Shown piece after piece: positions 55,293 to 64,000 of a DNA stretch of 64,000 nucleotides. A program made the position numbers and the translations under genes. The stretch lies in assembly GCF_009914755.1 (NCBI RefSeq), contig NC_060931.1. One strand, 5' to 3'. The notes under the pieces were generated by a model. The model was not told where the DNA came from. It did no database searches and was given only the letters and a program-made list of their open reading frames with translations. This DNA is from the human T2T-CHM13v2.0 reference genome, Homo sapiens. Positions within the stretch are counted from its first letter, which is position 1. Every line of letters begins with the position of its first letter.

Positions 55293-56567
55293 AACAACAG
55301 ACTTTTATGAAGCATATGATATATGCCAGAGAACATGCTAAATGCTTGGTATGGAGTGATTGATAAGACCATGCCCTTACCATTGGGAAGCCCATACTCA
55401 TGCAATGCTACCATAGAGGCATTAACCAAGTACAATGGAAGAAGAAAAAAACCCTTCAGCGTAGTAATTACTATCCTCATTTTAAAATTGAAGTAGCTGA
55501 TACCTGTTAGTTATCTTTGTTAAAGAGCTTCTCTTAGGTTATTAAGTGTAGAGTTCTATGTGACCCATAGTCAGTCTTACAATTCCATGCTGTTTTAATG
55601 GGAAAGATCTATGTTCAATCCAACTGAATGATTTAAAGCTTTGTCTGCTATCCAATAAATCTGTTTGCTACAGAATGCCATAAAAATTCTGACTTTCACT
55701 GAATAATTGACTTTTTCTTTAATTATAAGAAAAATTTCCTTAATTTCCCACTTTAGCCTGTTTGGTAGCTAAATTCCTAACATATTATCATATTAATACA
55801 TCTTGTCCCTCTTATCTACTCATTTATACAAATATCTGTATACATTTCCATATGCATAATAATTCCTTAATAACACAGAAAACATATCCCATAAAAATCA
55901 AGAGATTCTCATACAGACATAAACCTATACACTAAACTACAAGCATACTATAGATGAATTTGTTCAAGATACATAGGGAAAATCTGAAATGGAAACATAC
56001 AATTTTAAAAAATAAAGAGGAAACATTGTTCAAGGACTTGATGCACAAAAGAGCTACAAGAAATAATTTGGGGAAGGTGGGTGGTTAAAAGTGAGGACAA
56101 GAAACAGTGGATACTAAGCAAAGGGCTGGATGGATGGTGAAATTGCATGGCATTCTTAAGATGATAAGTAGTCCCTGTATTTGGATTGCCTTGGTATGGA
56201 CCACTTGCAAAAACATTCAATATTTCACTTCTAAGATATGGTAAGCCAAAATACATATATGGAAAGTTCACTAAGTCATTGGCAAATAATCCAGTGTTGA
56301 CTTTTAATTTAGAAATAACTGGCCAAATTGATCCCAGCCTTCCCAACTACAATTCTCCCCCTGCAGAGTACATTGATTTGTATTATCTTATTGTTTTCTC
56401 TCACTGTTTGTCTTTCTTTTTATTATTTTATTTTCCTACTGGTACAATATATGACAAGAGATAGTGAACTTTCCTGATTTTATATATTTTGAGCTCATAA
56501 ATTCCCTGGAGTTGTCATCTTTCCAGACTAAAGTTTCATCTTTTTCTATTCACATGTTCTAAAAATA

Positions 56568-57920
56568 ATCTTTTTAATGATGTGTAACATATAGAGAAGT
56601 GCACAATTTATAATTGTACAGAGTGATGGACTTTCACAGAATGAACGCAACTGAGTAGTCAGCATCCAGATCACAAAACAGAATACTACTTGCATTCAGA
56701 AGCACCCTAAATGTCCCTTCAGAGTCATGCCTTCCCCCACCCAGCCACTGCCTCATGATAACCATTATTCTGATTTCTAACATGAAGTATTAATTTTGTC
56801 TGGGCTTCGGTTTTTATATTAATGAAATCATATAGTAATTTTTGTTGTGTTGTTTACATTATGATTCTGAGATTGATTGCCTGAGCAAAACTTAGATCAT
56901 TCTAATTGCTATATAGGGTTTCATTGTTTGCCTCCCACAATTTATCCATTTTGCTGTTGATAGACATTGAGGTTATTTCCTTTTCATGGCTATTATTAAT
57001 AGTACTGCTATGAACATTCAAGTTCATGTCTTCTGGTGAATATATGCATGGACTTTTGTTGTATATATGCCTGTAAGTAAGATTTCTGGGTCACAGGGTA
57101 TACAAATATTCAGCTTTAGCACATGCTGCCAAATCTTTTTCCCAAGTGATTTTGCCAATTTATATTCCCATAGCAGTGCATGAGCATTTCAGTTGCTCAC
57201 CACCATTTTGATTTATGTCTTTTAAATTTTAGCTATTCTAGTGGTATGTAGTTTTAGTTCATCATAAGTTTCAATTTGAATTTTTCTAATGATTAATGAG
57301 ATTGAGCACTTTTTCATATACTTGTTGATCTTTTTGTCTTTTTGTTTTTGTTTTGAGACAAGGTCTCTCTCTGTCCCCAGGCTGGAGTGCAGTGTCACGA
57401 TCATGGCTTACTGTGGCCTTGACTTCCCTGGCTCAAGAGATCCTCCCACCTTAGCCCCCCATGTAGCTGAGACTACAGGCATGCACCACCACACCTGGCT
57501 GATTTATTTTTTAGTTGTTGGCAATTTTAAATATCCTCTTTTGTGAAATGCCTGTTGAAATCATTACTCATTTCTCTATTAGATCATCCATCTTCTTCTT
57601 TTTGATGTGTGGAAATTTTTATATATTCTGGATACAAGTTCTTTGTCATCCATATTGCTAATATTTTCTCAATCTATGGCTAGCATCTCCACTCTTTTTA
57701 TGGTTTTTAGTTTTAATGCAACACAAGTTTTTTTATTTTTATGTCCCATTTACAAAATCTTTGCCTATCCCAAAATCATGGAGATTTTCTTTTTCCTGAA
57801 AGCGCAAATGTGTAAGTTTTCACATTTAGATCCACAATCAATCTGAAAGAATTTGGGGGAATGATGCTAAATAGAGGTCAAGTTTTGATTTTCCTTTTTC
57901 CATATAGATATTCATTTAGG
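56568..57920 (-). mobile_element. Old L1M 3' region, antisense
   Basis: agagaagtgcacaattt..., cacaatttatccattttgctgttgatagacattg, ctgctatgaacattc, tttatatattctggatacaagttctttgtc. Confidence 0.8.
57330..57512 (-). mobile_element. Alu right-arm fragment (AluJ/FRAM-like) inside L1M
   Basis: ttttgagacaaggtctctctctgtccccaggctggagtgcag...cacacctggctga. Confidence 0.88.
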
Positions 57921-58351
57921 TGCGGGATGATGTTACTTTTCTACAGACAGGGGTTGTCTTACCTTCTGGTTGTTTTGATAGAGTTGGGAAAGTTCTCTTC
58001 AGTTAAATGGGGCTGAGCTGATCTACAACTCATCTTCCATTTTGCAAGACTCCTTCAACCTCTGGTTTGCTCCTTCTCCGTGGCTGAACTCTCCAAGTGT
58101 CCTAATGCCTCCAAATTAATTTTGGTTTTGTGGAATATTATCCAGAGTTTCTAGTTATTCTCAATGAAAGCACTGGACTGCCACAAGCTATTCCATTTAG
58201 GCAGATACCTACGTCAGTCTAGCTACATTCCACAAACTCATCAACAATCTCCTCCAAAACATTTAAAGAAAAATGTTGTGTAGAACTCAAAAAGGTAAAA
58301 GAAAATGTCAGTGTTGGCAGCTATGGCTGCTCCATGTATCCTGTCATGGAA

Positions 58352-58548
58352 GGAGCTTTGGAATAAAACAAACCTGGGTTTTAATTCTAACTTGTCATTT
58401 ATTAACTGTGTGACAATGAATCTTACTTCCAAGTGGGGATAATAAAAAACAACTAGTTTCACAGTTTTCTTGTGAAGATTAAATGAAAGAACAGATATCA
58501 AATACCTCGCAAATAGTAGGTATTCAATAAATAATAGATATTATTATG
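58352..58548 (+). mobile_element. MIR
   Basis: gctttggaataaaacaaacctgggttttaattct...ttgtgaagattaaatga...tagtaggtattcaataaat. Confidence 0.7.
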
Positions 58549-59859
58549 TAATATATTATAATTTCTCTTAGAGTTATAAAATGCACTCATCTCTTAGAAA
58601 TAATAGAGAAGGAGTCGGGATAGGTGGACTTGAAAAGCAACACTCTTCTCTGAGCACCCTGTTAGATGCTGAAAAGGGGGAACTTGGTTGAACTTGTTTT
58701 ATTCAAAATGATATCAAGGTCATTCACATACACAATACATTTTTTTCGTGGAAAGATGGTAGAAATAAATCATCTGAATTGAGTACTGTGGCAAATCTAT
58801 TCCAAATGCTTCATTTTATAGATGAAGAAATTGAGTGGTTAAATGACTCGTACAAGGTCAATTCACTTGTTAGTATTTATTTAAATGACCCAAATTCCCT
58901 AAGATCATATATTTCTTTTCTTCTAACATACTCCTAGCTCCCATGTTTAACTATAAATGTAAAGCAGAGACAATTAATAATGTGTTATTATTACTAGCTC
59001 ATTCTAACTAAAACCCATCGATCTATTTTTAAATATTTTATTTTAATTTCCATCCCCACAAATTATGTGACTTCCTGCCAACTATGATTGAAATAGGTAC
59101 TTGCCATTCCTTTCCCATTTTAAGGATTATGTCCTGTAGCTTTTCATTTTTCTGTCTGTTATTAAGAAATGATCTGCCTTATCCTCTAATGTATGAAAGG
59201 AGCTCGTGCAAGCCTGTAGAACACAGCTCTCTTGAAGTCTACCTAGCAAAAAAGGGAGTGGGGAACCTCCATCCCTCTGGGCACTGGATACAAAGGTGAT
59301 CATGTGCTTCTTTGGCACTTTCATCTCTGGGCAGGGACAGATCCTCATGCTTTCCAGCAAAGGCAGCCCTGTGGGGATCGTTTTTTGGTAAGACCCTGTG
59401 TCCAGCACATCTTTCAGCATTGTGTACTCTACGAACAGACATATGAGCCTGAATCCCACATGGACTGAGTAACTTGGAAGTTTCATGATCCCAGAGCACA
59501 CAGCCATCTCATAAAAGCCTCACACCAGGCTTCTCAAGGGCTCTGCCTGGAACATGCTTCCTTCAGATCTTTACATGGGGGGGCTTCTTCCTAGAAATGT
59601 GTTTTTAGCCTAGATGTCTCCTTTTCAGAGAGACTATCCCTCACCATCCAACCTCCAGGGACCCTCAGTGGACCTCTTTACATCCTGCTGTTTTTTATTT
59701 GCTCACTCACTATCAGAAATGTATGGTGTCTGAACTCCAGCAGAGTATAAGCTCCATGGAAGCAGAGCCCTTGTACATCACCTTGTGCTGTGTCCTGAAG
59801 CAGAGGACTCACTCAGTGAACAAGCAAGTGGGCTCCTGTATCCACCAAATACACCCAGC

Positions 59860-60078
59860 ATGGTGGGTCAGGCCCTGGCTTTGAATACTGGCCTCACCAC
59901 TAGCTGGGTGAATTCAGGCAAATGACTTCAGCCAAGAAACTTCTCAGTGCTTATCCTAAGATAAGAATATGTATTTTACAAGGTTGTTACAGTCATCAAA
60001 TGAAATAATGTGTGCAATGTGCTTAGCACAGGGCCTACCACTGAAAAATACTTAACAAACAATAGTTATTATTATTAT
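59860..60078 (+). mobile_element. MIR
   Basis: cctggctttgaatactggcctcaccactagctgggtg...gtgcttagcacagggcct...gttattattatt. Confidence 0.7.
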
Positions 60079-61529
60079 TTCCATAATGAAAGCAAATCAT
60101 ATTATGAAAAAGTCACAGAGGAATTGTTTTATAAAAATGGTAATGTTGAAATCAGAGACCCTAATTCAACCATGTAAGATAAAATTTTAAATTAATGAAA
60201 ATCTGGGTCTTCTTGTTAGTTATTTACAATTATTTATTTTTGTAAAGGATCCCTAATTTAACCTTTGCAATGATTCTCTGTTGAAATAAGTTATCATCTC
60301 ACCCTCTGCTCTTAGTATCCATTTGGAAAATGCCATCTTTCTGAGAATACTTGCAGTAGAAATTTTAAATTAGGATATTAACCATCTCCTGTAAATATAT
60401 GCTAGCAATGTTTTTCTATTTGTTTAATCTAGAAAGGTGCTAGTTACAGTTTTTCATGCTACTGAATGACTTTAGCTAGAGGTTTCCTGGGGGTTCTAAG
60501 AAAATCACTATTCTTAGGGGACTAGAAATCTGATCAAGAGGGAAGAAATTACTTCTTTCTTTTTATTACACCTTGGTTCTCCTATAGTAAATGTTTTCAT
60601 ATAAAACTCATTTCTCCCCATGCCCGAGGAGATGGTTAAATCAAAGGAGCAATAACTAGTGCCTGGCTGTTTGCCACTGGCTGCAATGGGGACTCGGGGA
60701 GGAAGACAGGCTCATTTGCCTAACAGGGCCCAGCTCCCTTCCCGTCTTCCTTCATCTTGGGCCTTTTCCTTCCTTACTACCTCCGGTCTAGACTCAGCTT
60801 TCCCTGCAGAGACCTTTGGCAACTGCTTCTGAGCCAGGGCAGCCAGCATCTGTGTGTCGGGCACTGCATTAAAAGCTATGGCTTAAAGGGCTCAAGGGAG
60901 GAATGGTTCACCCGGGCGTCTATTTGAAGTTGCGAGGTAACTGATGGGAGAGAAAGATCTTAAACAGGGAGTAAGAGCTTTAGCAACTCTCTGGCCCTTA
61001 GACCCTAAATCTGAAAATAGAAAGGAAAGAGATTATCTGAAGACAAACTCCACTGTTAGTGACTCTGCCATTCATTTTATGTTTTCTCTTGAAAGCCTTT
61101 CTGTCTTTGTCTCACTAACAAGGTAGTTCATGGACATACATAGACACTACAGACCAAAAAAGTTTTCCACTTATAACATTTTCTTCCTTCAGTTTCCCTT
61201 TATTCATTCTCAAATTTTGAAATAAAATTACTGAGGGGATTGGGAGCAGTGAAAAAGAAACTTGGCAATTAGATACTGTCCCTGGGTTTGTCTTAACTAT
61301 ACCTCCTTCTCCAGAATAATTTATTCAGAATAAATGGATGGACTTTGCGATAACTGTATTTTCCTTAAAATGCAAATGCACAATAGCTATTTCTACCCCT
61401 GCCTTACTTCTCCCTTTAGATTCTAACTAACAACAGTACTTGAGGAAGAAATGATATTTGAAAATATATAGTCTGTATTAGCTAAAATTCATTCAACTGA
61501 ATTATGTTTCCATCCTCCTTTTATTCCAG

Positions 61530-61617
61530 GTATCATTGGAACATTTCAAGATCATCAAATCAAATTCCACAGGGATTGGTGACCAACCAGAAGGCTCAGA
61601 CATCTGATTGCTGACCT
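61530..61617 (+). other. CALD1: 88-nt non-coding 5'-UTR exon (exon 2 of the upstream-promoter transcripts) of caldesmon
   Basis: Seen: polypyrimidine acceptor tttccatcctccttttattccag (AG 61528-61529), donor CCT|GTGAGT (GT 61618-61619), no ATG inside. Recalled: matches the human CALD1 mRNA leader (...cagaaggctcagacatctgattgctgacct|gtccagacatc...) upstream of the MDDFERRREL start. Not database-verified. Confidence 0.88.
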
Positions 61618-62263
61618 GTGAGTAAAGTTTATGTTTTATTAATACTTTGGGCTCTGCTCTTAGGAATTACACAGCCTCTGTGCCTGATATTCTAAATTCT
61701 TACATCTGAAGATGCACTGTGAGAAACCAGTTTTTCTGCTGTGGCCCTCCTACTTTACTTGCCAGTTAATTAATCAGTTAGAATCTATCAAGTTTTGAAG
61801 GATCTATCAAGTCTTTTATCCTGTTTTGTAATCTGATTTTTTTTTTTGCTTTATTTTTAAATGTTTCCTGCAATGTAATATCTTTCACAAAACAGTCCTG
61901 GATCAATCATGAAGTCTTCACTTCCTGTGAAAAATGCTAGTGACTTGAATCAATAAAGACAACATGAGTCAGCCTTCCAAGGTGAATAAGCTCACCTTTG
62001 TGCAAACACTGGTGATCTCAGGAGTGCTAAGTACCCCTCACTTTCAACAAATCTCTCTCACCTGGGAAGAAAACTTCTACCAGAACAAGGACCACCTAGG
62101 GAGGTGAAAGAGGGGATTTCCACTTTAGAGGATGGAGAAACCAAAGGGCATTTCACTCATTCACAGTTTTGCTGAGCTTGGCTCCAGTAGGTAGAAAAGT
62201 TCTTCAGGAGTTCAGCACACCACTCAGGCAATTGTTGTTTCAAAATTCTATCTGTTGCCCCCA

Positions 62264-62659
62264 TGCAAGTTTTCTCAGGCTACCATAGTGAAAATCCACA
62301 GACTGGGTGGCTTAAACAACAGAGATTTCTTTTCTCACCATTCTGGAGGGTAGAAGTCTGAGATCAAAGTGTTGGCATGGTGGATTTCTCGAGGCCCTCC
62401 TTGCAGATGGCCACCTTCTCCCTGTGTCTTCACGTGGTCCTCTCTCCGGGCACACACCTGTCTGGTGTCTTTCTCTCTGTGCCCAAATTTCCTCTTCTTG
62501 TAAAAACACCAGTCATATTGGATTAGGCCCACCCTAAAGACCTCATTTTAACTTAATCACTCTTTGAAGAACTCATCTCCAAATGCGGTTACATTCTGAG
62601 ATCCTGAAAGTTAGGATTTCAACGTATGAATTTGGGGGAAATACCATTCAGCCCATAAT
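62264..62659 (-). mobile_element. MLT1 (MLT1A/B-like) MaLR LTR
   Basis: cacagactgggtggcttaaacaacagag...catattggattaggcccaccctaaagacctcattttaactt...accattcagcccataa. Confidence 0.9.
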
Positions 62660-62759
62660 GCTGCCACCATCATTTTCCCTCTCTAATATGCTGACTTTTT
62701 GTTTATTGCACGTGGGCTTCCCTCTGTTTCTCCCCTCCTGAACTCTTTTAGCGATTACA

Positions 62760-62947
62760 TTACTCTCAGAGCATCTGCAGTTCTTAGAGTGTATTATAAT
62801 CATTTGGGTACAGCTCTCATTTCCCTATGACATTCTATAAATTCTGAAATCAGAGAGTGTGCCTTTTACATCTCTCATAGCACTAGAGGAGGTTTTGTAT
62901 ACAGTAGACATTTTGTAATATTTATTAAATGAATGAATGAATGAATG
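62760..62947 (+). mobile_element. L2 3' end with (TGAA)n tail
   Basis: atatttattaaatgaatgaatgaatgaatg. Confidence 0.6.
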
Positions 62948-64000
62948 GAAAGAGGATTAGATGCAGCCTCTGAACCTGCAATTTATTTGCTTTAAGACTG
63001 TCTCCAAATGATGAGTATTAAAGATGCTTTCTCCTCACTTCCTGCCCCCCAAGACAGGTAGAAATAAGTTAAGGCTGAGGAGAAAAATTGAAAGAAAGGT
63101 GTGATTGACTAATAGCAGGAGAGTTACCTTTCTCCCAGAGGTAGGAAATAGTAAATAGCACAAGCATGCCCCAGTTAAGGTGGCCTTTCCACAAGAAAAC
63201 TGTTCGGGGATCCAAGAGGGACTTACTGAGTTTGAAGCCTGTGGGACATGCAAGGGCATGTGTCTAGAAAACAATGCATATGCAGGTCTGAAGGTCAGGT
63301 GAGAACCAGAGATGTTCACAGTCACCACCTACAGGCAGGAAGCAGCAGTGTGTCAATGAATGAGGCCACCAAGGAAGACTGTGTAGAGGGAGAGGAGCAG
63401 TGGCTTAAAGATTCCATCAGAAATTGTGTATGGAAATTTTTCCTGCTAGATAACAGGAGAAGGACCTGTCCAAGAGGAAGAACACTGCACGATACTTCTA
63501 ATGAAGCTGTGTGAGAACATGTAGATGAGCTAATGTGTGTGTCTATTTTTTCTCCCCTAGTGTTTTTGGACCTATTTTGTTCCTTCTCTGTCCTGTCTTT
63601 TGGGGGCTATGCCCCAAACCATTCCTGTGAGCCTTCTCCTACCCACCTTTGCTCCCTTCTAGCTAACTCCACCTATGGTCATTGTCCAACTCCCCTGCTG
63701 CCTGCTCAGGGAATCTTAGACAAACTTCCTTTGGGCCCATTTTCTTCATCAGCCAATCAGAGCTGATCAGAATGGACAGGAGGGGAGGCCAGGATGAGAA
63801 TCCTTAATAACCAAAGAGACAGAGGCAGGTCGTTTTCAGGGTCAGGTGGCTGTGACGCTATGGTCACAGAGCATCATCTTGTTTAGTCAGTAAAGGCCCC
63901 AGATAGGGGTGGAGGGCTGTGCCTCTTTTGCCCTGAACTCCCTCCTTTGTCCATTGTCCCCTGCTGATTATCCCACTCCACCTGTTCCCCAGAATAAGCT

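Larger units (their letters stand above)
61618..64000 (+). other. CALD1: Start of the next CALD1 intron; ATG-containing exon lies beyond the window
   Basis: Begins with donor GTGAGT. No caldesmon coding sequence appears in the ORF track. Confidence 0.8.

Noticed and set aside
56005-59507. Overlapping sense/antisense ORFs of 86-126 aa
   Set aside because: No domain similarity or splice support; partly within repeat-derived sequence.
61528-61535. AG|GT at the exon start as a recursive splice site
   Set aside because: GTATCA is a poor donor, and GT is common at exon starts.

Overview
Primate (almost certainly human) genomic DNA. It is AT-rich, CpG-depleted and dense in Alu, L1, L2, MIR, MaLR/ERV LTR and DNA-transposon relics. 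The only exon I can support is an 88-nt non-coding exon at 61530-61617 (+ strand, ttccag|G...CCT|gtgagt). I recognise its sequence from memory as the 5'-UTR exon of CALD1 (caldesmon) that precedes the ATG-bearing exon. The window would therefore be most of the long upstream CALD1 intron plus the start of the next one. None of the ORFs in the track looks like a real protein; many are Alu/LTR read-throughs. I found no convincing novel biological system. The best leads are: candidate SRF/TEAD/AP-1, p53 and CRE enhancer modules; a candidate uORF-bearing cryptic 5'-UTR exon; a locally templated 59-bp insertion inside an L2 relic; a CpG-retaining solo LTR with a perfect NRF1 motif; a sense-oriented THE1 LTR; and strong antisense Alu bias with inverted Alu pairs. 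Repeat subfamily names are visual assignments from memory of consensus sequences and need RepeatMasker/Dfam confirmation.
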